Positions 8,801 through 17,771 of a DNA stretch of 64,000 nucleotides are shown piece by piece. Source of the DNA: Candidatus Cloacimonadales bacterium (GTDB taxonomy: Bacteria > Cloacimonadota > Cloacimonadia > Cloacimonadales > JAIOQZ01); the NCBI GenBank assembly GCA_963674825.1, contig OY771587.1, positions 2,112,001 to 2,176,000 on the forward strand, in the 5' to 3' direction. The notes under the pieces were generated by a model. The model was given only the letters and a program-made list of their open reading frames with translations. It was not told the DNA's origin and searched no databases. A program made the translations under genes and the position numbers. Each line of letters opens with the position of its first letter. The first letter of the stretch is position 1.

Positions 8801-11800
8801 TTATTTGAGCAACAGTGATTTCCCTGTGCATGTTCTGGTCTGTGTTTTCAACCGATAGAAGAAGATACCGCTGGAAACCGGTTTCTCATTCTCGTCGGTA
8901 CCATTCCACATGACTTTGTGGTTCTTTCCTGCAGGATAAAGACCATTGACGAGTGTCTTTACCTTCTGGCCGCGAACGTTGAATATCTCGAGTGTAACGG
9001 GAACCATTTCCCCAGCTTCTCCTGCAAGGTCGAAGCAAATATTGGTCTCGGGATTGAACGGGTTGGGGAAATTGCCATTGAGCTGTGTCACGACAATAAC
9101 TTCCGGGGCTTCCGGTTCGTCGCCACCGTCCTCGAGAACGACCGATACCGGCCCGTACATCTGAGACGCTCCACTCAGCTCCAGGCTGACGACCCAGTAG
9201 AAGAGTTCCGATTCATCGGAGATGTCTTCGTCCTGATAATAGTAGCGATTCTCGGTTGTCTGGTTCTGGCCGGGAATGATACTCGATGTAAGGTAGATGG
9301 CATCTGATTCGCTATTGGTTGTACCGCGAAGCAGCTGATAGCCGAGTATCCCGCTTTCGGAAGCCGTTACCCAAGAAATCATGACCTGCGAATCATCAAC
9401 CACGGATGCGCAGAAAGATGTGAGTTCGACGGGCAATGTCTGTTCGTTACCGAGTTCGCCAGGTGTCGCGTTAGCAGGTGTGGATGCCGTCCAAATATTG
9501 GATGTTTCCTGTACCATGTCATCGCCAGCGTAAACGACCGGTGATGCGTCGATCTCTCCTGCTCGTGCATTTGGATCGTAGATTTCATATGCACAGTCGT
9601 TTGTGATCGGCATGGCAGATGTTCCGGGCAGATAATTCAAATCACCGCTAATGCCCCATGCATTGCGAAAATCAATATCTGAAGCGCCACATCCAATTAC
9701 CAGGATACCTCCTGATTTTTGGATAAATGTTCCATCGGGTATGTCGTAGGAAACCTCGGGTGAATCGGCGACAAAGTTACCGCCGAAAGCGTCAGCCGTA
9801 CCGGTATGGATTCTATAGCCACTCAAATCAAGACTATAGCTTGTATTGTTCACCAGTTCGATGAAGCCTGTATTGTCAGCTTGTCCTGTAAGATTATCGC
9901 ATACTTCGGAAATGTAGAGACCACCTGCTGTAGGTGTGGATGCGACAATCTGGAAGGCATCGACCAGAATGGCATATCCGCTGAACATGGAGGTAGAAAG
10001 CATACCGATATACATGCTTGGCGAATCGGCCAGATCTGTAAGATCGATCACATGCTTTTTCCAGTAGGGCGCTGGTGCAGACGCATCAGCGCGGGGAATG
10101 AACGCGCCGATATCATACCAGTTGTTTTCATCTGTCGAGTATTGGATTTGAATACCTTCCTGATCGTAAGGAGATCCGCTCATGTCCGCGCTGTGCATGA
10201 CCCACAGTTCGAGCCGCAGGGCAGCGTATGTACTAAGGTCCAGGCTTGGTGTGTAATATCTACCCTGACCACCGGCCCGGCTTAATCCATTGACAATACC
10301 CATCGAGTCACCTTCATAGGGTTCGCAATTCGGATATGTGTTCTGTATAACAGCAGACCACTCAGGATCGTAACCAGGACCGCTTCCATAATTGACGATT
10401 TCCTCACTCCAGCCTGTAGCCGGGAATCCACAAGAGTCGAACATTTCCTCACAGGGCAGGTCGTCTTGCGGTTCGGCAACTGCATCCGTGATTTCGATGT
10501 TGTCGATGAGGATACTCTGGTATTGTTCAGTTGGGCACATCTTGAATGCTATATATGAAGCTCCTCGGAGAACATTTAAGAGATTGACTTCGTAGTTCAT
10601 GTATCCAGATGTGAGTTGAAAAGTGTCCAGTGTTATGAACATGTCCGGATCAGATGGATCTGTCATATAGCCAACCTTAAGAGAGGGAAAAGACTCGGAA
10701 TACTCGGAAGAGTATGACTCGAAATAAAGGCTATTGGTACCATTGAAATCTTCGTCGGAAATAGCCGGTCCAACCGCGATCAGAAGTAATTCCTCCGAGG
10801 TGTCGTTGCTGTTGTACATATACATGCAGGGCGAATTATCAACACCATACGATTCGTCGATATTGACCTCGGTATACTCAGAACTCGAACTGACAAGCGC
10901 TTCCCACGGAGATGGCAGATGATTGTACCACGCTTCGTTGAAATTCTCTGCGTATGGTAGTGTGACCGTCTGGATGTCGCCTCCGGGTTCGCCAATGTAA
11001 ACGTCATCCAGTGCCATACCCTGCTCCGCGTCCGTAGAATTAAACCGGAACGCAAGCTGGAATATAGATCGTACGGGATAGAATTCGATTTCAAACTTCT
11101 GCATGTCTTCGGTCAGTTCAAATGAATCGATTTCGTAGTAGCTCTCGGGATCTTCCAGACTATCGAAATAGCCAACGCCGATCGATGGGTAGGTTGAGTT
11201 CGTGTAGCACGATGCCCAGAATGTGAGAACTTGCCCCTCAAGCTGCTCATTATCTAAAAATGGACCGCCGACGAACATATAATCACCAGCCTGCGGTTCG
11301 TCACTTTTCCAGTAATAAATGCAGTTTGGATCAGAGTGAGAATAGTAGCTATAAACATAGATATATTCGTTTGATTCATCGGAGACATACGATTGCCAGT
11401 CATCCGGCATATATTCCGAGTCGTCGAAATCCTGGAAGTAAGGCAGTTCCGCTCCGACGACACCACCAGATTCGCCGATATAGATATCATCCAGCGCCAT
11501 GCCTTGAGTTCCATCATTCGGTACAAACTCGTAGGCAATCTGGTAATCGGTCCGAACCCAGTTGAGATCATACGAGTAATATGACATGTTTCCAGACAAT
11601 GTATAAGAATCGAACTCGGTGAACGATGTTGGGTCATCGGCTGTGGACAGGAAACCGAGTCGCACGCTGGGCATATCGTATTCCGAATACCCCAGTGCCC
11701 AGAACGAAAGGGTGAGATTGCTGAAATCAGACGAATTGATATAGGGTCCCGCTGCGATGATATGGCTGTTCTCTAATGGAGCATTACTGTTCCAGAAATA

Positions 11801-11995
11801 AAGACAGTACGGTTCGGAATGATAATATGCTGGATAGGGTGCGGCATAAGCGCTTGTCCCATCGCTGATATAGATCGTCCAACCTTCTGGAAGACTGGAT
11901 GACGCATCGAAATTTTGAGTGTAGGGCAGTGTCGCTGCTTGTGCCAGTAATACTGCGGAAATGCATAACATAAGGAAAGTGATGATGTTTTTCAT
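8801..11995 (-). CDS. Secreted multidomain adhesin-like protein: four cleaved-adhesin/MAM-like repeats, lamin-tail-like domain, LPVEL motif, FlgD/T9SS-like CTD
   Basis: Signal peptide. Repeats start LPYxQ/ExF and end LDDIxI. GLYISEV...GFIELVN (LTD-like), LPVELTSF, NFPNPFNPET...KSLLLK tail. Confidence 0.8.
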   Translation of the reverse strand: MKNIITFLMLCISAVLLAQAATLPYTQNFDASSSLPEGWTIYISDGTSAYAAPYPAYYHSEPYCLYFWNSNAPLENSHIIAAGPYINSSDFSNLTLSFWALGYSEYDMPSVRLGFLSTADDPTSFTEFDSYTLSGNMSYYSYDLNWVRTDYQIAYEFVPNDGTQGMALDDIYIGESGGVVGAELPYFQDFDDSEYMPDDWQSYVSDESNEYIYVYSYYSHSDPNCIYYWKSDEPQAGDYMFVGGPFLDNEQLEGQVLTFWASCYTNSTYPSIGVGYFDSLEDPESYYEIDSFELTEDMQKFEIEFYPVRSIFQLAFRFNSTDAEQGMALDDVYIGEPGGDIQTVTLPYAENFNEAWYNHLPSPWEALVSSSSEYTEVNIDESYGVDNSPCMYMYNSNDTSEELLLIAVGPAISDEDFNGTNSLYFESYSSEYSESFPSLKVGYMTDPSDPDMFITLDTFQLTSGYMNYEVNLLNVLRGASYIAFKMCPTEQYQSILIDNIEITDAVAEPQDDLPCEEMFDSCGFPATGWSEEIVNYGSGPGYDPEWSAVIQNTYPNCEPYEGDSMGIVNGLSRAGGQGRYYTPSLDLSTYAALRLELWVMHSADMSGSPYDQEGIQIQYSTDENNWYDIGAFIPRADASAPAPYWKKHVIDLTDLADSPSMYIGMLSTSMFSGYAILVDAFQIVASTPTAGGLYISEVCDNLTGQADNTGFIELVNNTSYSLDLSGYRIHTGTADAFGGNFVADSPEVSYDIPDGTFIQKSGGILVIGCGASDIDFRNAWGISGDLNYLPGTSAMPITNDCAYEIYDPNARAGEIDASPVVYAGDDMVQETSNIWTASTPANATPGELGNEQTLPVELTSFCASVVDDSQVMISWVTASESGILGYQLLRGTTNSESDAIYLTSSIIPGQNQTTENRYYYQDEDISDESELFYWVVSLELSGASQMYGPVSVVLEDGGDEPEAPEVIVVTQLNGNFPNPFNPETNICFDLAGEAGEMVPVTLEIFNVRGQKVKTLVNGLYPAGKNHKVMWNGTDENEKPVSSGIFFYRLKTQTRTCTGKSLLLK

Positions 11996-12008
11996 GGTAC
12001 ATACTCCT

Positions 12009-12422
12009 TTATGTGGTTATTACTTGGATGACATTGTAATTATCGGGTTGTTGTTTCCCTGAGATCCCCCGCAAGGTGCTCATGGCTCTATTCTCGGAGA
12101 TACACTTCAGAACGCGAATCAGGTCATCGACAGTTGGGAATCCTTTAAACCTGTAGATTAGGTTTGATGTGTCAGATATTTTGTCTCCGCTGTTTGTAAG
12201 GATGATACGGGTCTTGACCGGATTGGTGTGAATATGATGGATAAGCGAATCATTCTCTTCATGCCTGTCGTCCAATACCACGAAATCCATGCGATTCCTT
12301 TGGATCAGCCGAAGAGCATCCTGCCCTGTAACGGCGAAAAACAGGCTTGTATCGAGACTTTGCTGGATTTTCTGCAAGTCTTCGGATTGCAGATATTCCT
12401 GATTAACCAGTAAAATATTCAT
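12009..12422 (-). CDS. Small atypical receiver (REC)-like protein, 137 aa
   Basis: MNILLVNQE...AVTGQDALRLIQRNRMDFVVLDD...RIILT follows the receiver pattern. The beta3 Asp is kept but the beta1 acidic pair is N/Q. Confidence 0.7.
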   Translation of the reverse strand: MNILLVNQEYLQSEDLQKIQQSLDTSLFFAVTGQDALRLIQRNRMDFVVLDDRHEENDSLIHHIHTNPVKTRIILTNSGDKISDTSNLIYRFKGFPTVDDLIRVLKCISENRAMSTLRGISGKQQPDNYNVIQVITT

Positions 12423-12449
12423 CCATACTCCATTGTTTTCACATTACTA

Positions 12450-12466
12450 ATGCATAATGAATGCCA
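12450..12466 (-). promoter_or_regulatory. Sigma-54 -24/-12 promoter TGGCATTCATTATGCAT
   Basis: GG-N10-GC on the minus strand about 30 nt upstream of the REC-like gene; same TGGCAT-N5-ATGCAT form as 2329-2345. Confidence 0.8.
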
Positions 12467-12543
12467 ATTGATATAATACATTGCAGGATGGTCAATTACG
12501 GCAATACATGGATGGGGTGAAATCATTTACATACGATGCAATA

Positions 12544-12557
12544 AGACGATATCGTCT
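12544..12557. promoter_or_regulatory. Putative upstream activator site AGACG-ATAT-CGTCT
   Basis: Perfect 14-bp palindrome about 85 bp upstream of the -24 element. Confidence 0.7.
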
Positions 12558-12633
12558 GGCTATCATGGGGTGAGAAAGAAAAGATTATTGTAACTGCATG
12601 ATAAGTAATTGGTTGTGATCGATCGGGAGCGCC

Positions 12634-12666
12634 ATAGACGTTTTCGTCTATATAGACGATTTCGTC
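12634..12666. promoter_or_regulatory. Tandem pair of putative upstream activator sites (ATAGACG-TTTT-CGTCTAT and GACG-ATTT-CGTC)
   Basis: Two GACG-W4-CGTC palindromes 18 bp apart just after the bEBP stop. The distal one read on the minus strand (GACGAAATCGTC) is identical to 2232-2243. Confidence 0.72.
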
Positions 12667-12676
12667 CTGTGATGAA

Positions 12677-14935
12677 TTAAAACTCTTCTCGCAGGTTGAA
12701 TTTATTGATGCGGCGTTCCACAGCTTTTTGCGATACACCCAGCAGTTTGGCTGCCTTGGTCTGGTTTCCGCTTGTTCTTTTCAACGCTCGCAGGAGCATG
12801 GTTTTCTCTATTGTTTCCAGCGGGATGATATTCTCGTCATCAGTACAGGGAAGCTCCATGTTATTGATGGGGATGGAAAAATGCTGCAATTGCAGAGTAG
12901 GACTGTCACAGATGATGAGAGCTCGTTCTACCATATTACGTAGTTCCCGAATATTTCCCGGGAAATCATAGGATTCAATCGTGGTGAAGATCTGCGGATC
13001 GATGCGGCGTACGGATTTATTCAGTCTTGGGGCATAGGTATTTACAAAATGCTCGATTAATGGCTGGATATCCTCTTTACGTTCGCGAAGCGGTGGTATC
13101 TGGATCACAAACGCTGCCAGGCGATGGTAGAGGTCTTCCCGAAACTGTTTCTGTGAGACAAGTTCGAGCAGATCCATGTTGGTGGCGGAAATTACTCGCA
13201 CATTGACAGGTATTTCGTGCCGAGCTCCAACCCTGACAATGTTCCGTTCTTCCAGCACCCGCAACAGCTTGATCTGATGATCCAGCGGCATGTTACCGAT
13301 CTCGTCCAGGAAAAGGGTTCCTCCGTTTGCCACTTCGAACCATCCGGCTTTCTGGGAAAGGGCCCCAGTGAATGCCCCCTTCTCATAGCCAAAAAACTCG
13401 CTTTCGAATAGCGTCGATGAGATGGCGGAGGAATTGATGGCGTGGAAATATTTCTGTTTGCGCTGACTCATCTCATGAATTCCGCGCGCGACAAGCTCCT
13501 TGCCGGTACCGCTTTCGCCCATGATCAGTACAGAAGTCGCGTCTGCACGGGCAACTTTTGACATAAGCTGGATGATATTGCGTACGGTTGTGCTGTTGCC
13601 AACGATACGGGTCTGGAAGCTGCTTTTGATCTCATCGGCGAGGAAATCGAGGTTTCGCTCGCTACGACGAAGCTCCTTCAGCGTTTTATCGAGATCTTCT
13701 TTCTGTTGTAGGATAAGCCGGTTCTTCTCTTCGAGTTCATGGTTTTTTTCTTTGAAAAGCTCCGCTTCGCGTTCTCGCTGTTCCAGCTCAAATTTTGTTC
13801 GCATTTCGGCCAACATCTGCTGATTGTCTTCTTTGGCGATCTCGATGTATTTCTTGAGATGCTTCTCCTTGTATGCGAATGCTTTTTCAAAATCCTTCTT
13901 TACATTGTATATTTTTGCGAAAAGGTCGTAAAGCTCCACCCGTATCTGGTTGTCGTCATCAAGATGCTTGCATGCTTCCAGACAAAGCGCTTCCGCTTCA
14001 TCGTATTGCTCTGTCATGAATGCTACATATGCCAGGCGAATCTGTGAACGACTCATCAAAACATCAGCGCCACGATCTTTTCGCAGTTGGAGGGCTTGGG
14101 TGTGGTATTTACGTGCGTTTGGGTAGTCAGCAAGCTGATAATAGACATTTCCAATGCCGTTAAGAGTGTTTGAAATGCGGATCGAGTCTTTCTGATCGCG
14201 TTTGATCTCCAGCGACTGGTGTAAGTATTCAAGTGCTTGTTCATATTGCTTCATGCAATGACAGGTGATACCGACGATATTCAGTGCATTCGCATAATAG
14301 GTAATTTGTCCGGAAGCCTTGAAGATTTCCAGTGCTTGCAAGCCATATTCAAGACCTCGTTCGTATTCGCCGAGATTGTTATATATGCGTGTGATATTAG
14401 TCAGCGATAATCCAACTTTCTCCGTCTGGTTGAGCTTTCTGCGTATTTCAAGAGATTTTTGTGTATAATCAAGCGCAAGGGAATTGCGATTCATGAAGAG
14501 GTAACACTCTCCCATATTGTTCATGATGCTTGCCTGATTATCGATGTCATTCATTTGCACTGCGCAATCGAGCGCTCTATTGAAGCAGATGAGAGCCTGG
14601 TCGTACAAATTTCTGGCAAAGTAGTTACCTGCCTTCTCAAAGTGAACCAGCATCAAGCGGCGAGGATTACCGGTCTGATCAAAATACTCTTTTGCCTTAT
14701 CGAGCCACTGGAGTGCTTCTTCGCCTTTCTCAAGCGCTGATTCCAGTTTGTACTTAACGATGTATAGCAGTCCGTGATCTTCAGGAAATTCCGATCGTTC
14801 AACAATCTCGCGCATTTTTTCGTATTCATGTCTTCCCGTTTCAAGATCGCATCTATGAATTGCATTAAACGATTGATTCATGTGAAGTTTATATTCGTCG
14901 AAAAGTGTTCTGGTTTGCGAATTTTCTGCTTTCAT
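12677..14935 (-). CDS. TPR-repeat sigma-54-dependent transcriptional activator (TPR-coiled coil-AAA+-Fis HTH)
   Basis: TPRs, GESGTGKE, ESEFFG, GAFTGA, LFLDEIG, FREDLYHRL, FPGNIREL, GNQTKAAKLLGV. No signal peptide or TM helix seen. Confidence 0.95.
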   Translation of the reverse strand: MKAENSQTRTLFDEYKLHMNQSFNAIHRCDLETGRHEYEKMREIVERSEFPEDHGLLYIVKYKLESALEKGEEALQWLDKAKEYFDQTGNPRRLMLVHFEKAGNYFARNLYDQALICFNRALDCAVQMNDIDNQASIMNNMGECYLFMNRNSLALDYTQKSLEIRRKLNQTEKVGLSLTNITRIYNNLGEYERGLEYGLQALEIFKASGQITYYANALNIVGITCHCMKQYEQALEYLHQSLEIKRDQKDSIRISNTLNGIGNVYYQLADYPNARKYHTQALQLRKDRGADVLMSRSQIRLAYVAFMTEQYDEAEALCLEACKHLDDDNQIRVELYDLFAKIYNVKKDFEKAFAYKEKHLKKYIEIAKEDNQQMLAEMRTKFELEQREREAELFKEKNHELEEKNRLILQQKEDLDKTLKELRRSERNLDFLADEIKSSFQTRIVGNSTTVRNIIQLMSKVARADATSVLIMGESGTGKELVARGIHEMSQRKQKYFHAINSSAISSTLFESEFFGYEKGAFTGALSQKAGWFEVANGGTLFLDEIGNMPLDHQIKLLRVLEERNIVRVGARHEIPVNVRVISATNMDLLELVSQKQFREDLYHRLAAFVIQIPPLRERKEDIQPLIEHFVNTYAPRLNKSVRRIDPQIFTTIESYDFPGNIRELRNMVERALIICDSPTLQLQHFSIPINNMELPCTDDENIIPLETIEKTMLLRALKRTSGNQTKAAKLLGVSQKAVERRINKFNLREEF

Positions 14936-15036
14936 TCCGGCACTCCCACATTTTAAAAACGAACAAAAACAGATTTGAATCTTGTTGTCAATCTTTTCGG
15001 ATTTAGCGACCTTACAATCTATCGAGTAAAAAACGA

Positions 15037-15062
15037 AAAACGCTCCCTGGTGGGAGCGTTTT
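15037..15062. terminator. Intrinsic terminator
   Basis: AAAACGCTCCC-TGGT-GGGAGCGTTTT downstream of the EF-hand gene. Confidence 0.75.
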
Positions 15063-15081
15063 CAGAGAAAATCAGGCCAGA

Positions 15082-15714
15082 CTATTTATTTGTGCGATAC
15101 TGATCGGCTTCATCTCTTGTAACAATTTTATCGCCATCCTGGTCTTTTTCCAGATGTGATTTCATCATATGCTCGGTCAGTTCTTTTTCGTCCACGTTAC
15201 CGTCTTTGTTTGTGTCGAGTGCTGCGTGGCGTTTCTGGGTAAATGTAAGATACTCTGCCTTATCGATAAATCCATCTTTGTTCAGATCGAGTACCATGAA
15301 TTGGTAGGATGGGTTGTCCGGACATTCGAGCCCTGTAGTATCAATTTCTTCCCAGCCGGGACCTACGAGTGCGGTTTTCATTTCTTCCAGGGTAATGAGT
15401 TTGTCGTTATCGGCATCCCAGTGTTTAAACATGTACGCGATTCTCGCGAGAACTTCGGATTCGTCCTGGACACCGTCGCCGTTAATGTCACGATGATCGT
15501 AAAGACGCATCATGTTGGCTTTGTGTTCTTCGCGTGAGATCAGGCCATCATTGTCGGTATCCTGAAAATCCTGCATCGAAGTGGTAACGAGTTCTTTTTG
15601 TGCTGTCTCAGCTTCTTGTTGGGCAGCTTCCTGCTTGGGCGCTTCCTGCTTTGGTGCACATGCTGCAAAGATTAGTAATGATAGTAAAACAAACGCAGTT
15701 ATTAAACGATTCAT
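15082..15714 (-). CDS. EF-hand calcium-binding lipoprotein
   Basis: Start moved to MNRLITAF (GGAGG RBS). Lipobox FAAC and six DxD/NxDGxI/V...E loops. Confidence 0.82.
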   Translation of the reverse strand: MNRLITAFVLLSLLIFAACAPKQEAPKQEAAQQEAETAQKELVTTSMQDFQDTDNDGLISREEHKANMMRLYDHRDINGDGVQDESEVLARIAYMFKHWDADNDKLITLEEMKTALVGPGWEEIDTTGLECPDNPSYQFMVLDLNKDGFIDKAEYLTFTQKRHAALDTNKDGNVDEKELTEHMMKSHLEKDQDGDKIVTRDEADQYRTNK

Positions 15715-15881
15715 TTGATCCTCCATAGTTCGTTTCCCATATAATGAAAAAGAACTGGAGCTTGTCAAGTTCGCCATGTTGCGTTGATGAATTTCGTTCA
15801 TTTGGTACTGCGGTTTGTTCTCAATTGACACAAAAAGCGAACCCTTTTCGGATCCGCTTTATTTTTGAAATACACGCACTT

Positions 15882-16271
15882 TCAGATCAGCGTTTTTACG
15901 TATTCGGCGATCTGGTCACGCACCTCACGGAATTTCTCGATGGATTGCCCTGCTGGGTCCTCGAAGCTGTGATGAATTCTTTGCCCAACCTTACCAATAA
16001 ATACAGGACAGGTTTCTTTTGCAGAATCGCATACGGTAAGAACGATGTCGAATTCCTGTGTGAGGTACTTTGACACATGCTCCGGTTGCTGCCTGCTTAT
16101 ATCAATACCAACCTCGCGCATCGCCTCGATGGCATGCGAATTGATCCGCTCCGCAGGTTCTGTCCCAGCCGAAAAGGCTTCCACGCCGTCCATCTGCCTC
16201 AAGAATCCTTCCGCCATCTGCGAACGGCAGGAATTGCCGGTACAGAGAACGAGAATTCGCTTGTTAGTCAT
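15882..16271 (-). CDS. arsC: Arsenate reductase, LMW-PTPase fold, thioredoxin type
   Basis: CTGNSCRSQMAEG P-loop, VCD...CP, FEDPA. Confidence 0.9.
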   Translation of the reverse strand: MTNKRILVLCTGNSCRSQMAEGFLRQMDGVEAFSAGTEPAERINSHAIEAMREVGIDISRQQPEHVSKYLTQEFDIVLTVCDSAKETCPVFIGKVGQRIHHSFEDPAGQSIEKFREVRDQIAEYVKTLI

Positions 16272-16644
16272 GGCAGATTTCCCGCTCGATCAATCGGACG
16301 ATTTCATTAACATTTTCGTTGCTGATAGGGCTTTCGCCTTTCTTAAAGCCCATATCGGAAAGCAGGAAATGGTGTGTGACGGTTACGCCGTGACTCTCCA
16401 GGCATTTCTTGGTACAGTTGACAGGGCATCCGTCGATCGCGATTACGCCCGGAGCCTTTTCCGCAGTATCGACGAAACTCATCAAGTTCGCGCCGATTCC
16501 AGCCAGGCAATGCATTTTGCCTACGCCTTTGAGGTTCAGGTATCTTGCCGCACGGTCTGTAAGTCCGCCAACATCCGCGCCTCCAGAGCATGAGTATATC
16601 AACATTTTCTTTTCATCGTTATTGCAACTGCAAGTGCATCCCAT
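16264..16644 (-). CDS. DGC-domain putative zinc-binding protein
   Basis: YSCSGG...HCLAG...AIDGCPxxC motif. Confidence 0.85.
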   Translation of the reverse strand: MGCTCSCNNDEKKMLIYSCSGGADVGGLTDRAARYLNLKGVGKMHCLAGIGANLMSFVDTAEKAPGVIAIDGCPVNCTKKCLESHGVTVTHHFLLSDMGFKKGESPISNENVNEIVRLIEREICHD

Positions 16645-16657
16645 GGTATCTCCTTAT

Positions 16658-17356
16658 TTAAAGAATGATTCGTATAAAGTTATAGAGTCGATAGAGTCCG
16701 TATAGAATCAGGATTGTACCGCTTGCGTACCGGAACCATTTCCCTGTATTCCTGCTTTTACCGAGGAAGGCAAGTCGATCGAAGAATGTACCGAGTAAGA
16801 TAATCACCAGGCAATGACCTAGTCCGAATGAGATGATCAGGCCCCATGCTTTCGGTGGATTGGTGGATACGGCATCCAGAATTATGCCCAGGATCGGTGC
16901 CATAAAGGCGAAGGTGCAGGGTCCCAGCCCGGTACCGAAAAGCAGTCCCGCCAGAAAGATACCGATAAGCCCTCTCTTGCCTGGTTTCATTGTGAAGCCT
17001 GGCATGAGCGGAAAGATGTCGAGCGTTGCCAGCCCGAAATAGAGCAAAACGATTATCAGAAACGCCTCTCCCCATATTCCCAGATTTCCGAGCATCATGC
17101 CCAGCAGGCCAGTGATCAGTCCTACCAGGAGGATCGACAGGAAAATGCCTACCGAAAAGAGGCTGGACATGGCGAGTGTCTTTCCCAGGCCATGCTTCTC
17201 ACGGTTCAGCATGTAGCCAACCATCAACGGGATTCCGGTGAGGTGACAGGGCGAGAAAAGCACGGACACAACGCCCCAAAGGAACGCCGCCCCCAGCAGA
17301 ATGAGACTCTGGTTGGTGTTTGTCAGCTCGGTCAGTCGAGTAAACAGCTCCAGCAT
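16658..17356 (-). CDS. ccdA: CcdA/DsbD-type membrane thiol-disulfide transporter
   Basis: Multi-TM protein with FSPCHL and GPCT redox cysteines. Confidence 0.8.
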   Translation of the reverse strand: MLELFTRLTELTNTNQSLILLGAAFLWGVVSVLFSPCHLTGIPLMVGYMLNREKHGLGKTLAMSSLFSVGIFLSILLVGLITGLLGMMLGNLGIWGEAFLIIVLLYFGLATLDIFPLMPGFTMKPGKRGLIGIFLAGLLFGTGLGPCTFAFMAPILGIILDAVSTNPPKAWGLIISFGLGHCLVIILLGTFFDRLAFLGKSRNTGKWFRYASGTILILYGLYRLYNFIRIIL

Positions 17357-17367
17357 GTGATTTCCTG

Positions 17368-17760
17368 TTATTCTGCGGAAGTTGACTCGGCAATAGGCTG
17401 GACACCATGTTCCGCAAAGAGTGCAATGATGTCTTTCGATGGCAGGAATCCCTCGTGACGGAAAATCTCCTTGCCGCTTTCATCCAGGAAAACCTGCGTT
17501 GGGATGAGGTTGACGTCGTACTGCTCGACGTACTTACGGTGTTCGGCTGTCCAAACATCGTAAATGATCACTTCGACCTGATCGCCGAATTTCGTCTCGA
17601 TTTCTTCCATTACAGGCACCATCTGCTTGCAAGGAATGCAGTTGTGGGATCCGAGCTCGATAAAGGTGATTTTAGGTGCTACTGCCTCCGGCTCCGTGGC
17701 CAGTAAAACAGTACTCAAAGCCAATACAATCAGTACAAGAATCATCTGTTTCATATGCAT
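17368..17760 (-). CDS. Exported thioredoxin-family protein
   Basis: Start moved to MHMKQM (AGGAGA RBS). Signal peptide, CIPC active site, IPTQVF...RHEG. Confidence 0.85.
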   Translation of the reverse strand: MHMKQMILVLIVLALSTVLLATEPEAVAPKITFIELGSHNCIPCKQMVPVMEEIETKFGDQVEVIIYDVWTAEHRKYVEQYDVNLIPTQVFLDESGKEIFRHEGFLPSKDIIALFAEHGVQPIAESTSAE

Positions 17761-17771
17761 AATATCTCCTG

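Noticed and set aside
12602..12614. IHF site in the second cassette's enhancer region
   Set aside because: One mismatch to WATCAANNNNTTR in AT-rich DNA and no counterpart seen in cassette 1; could be chance.
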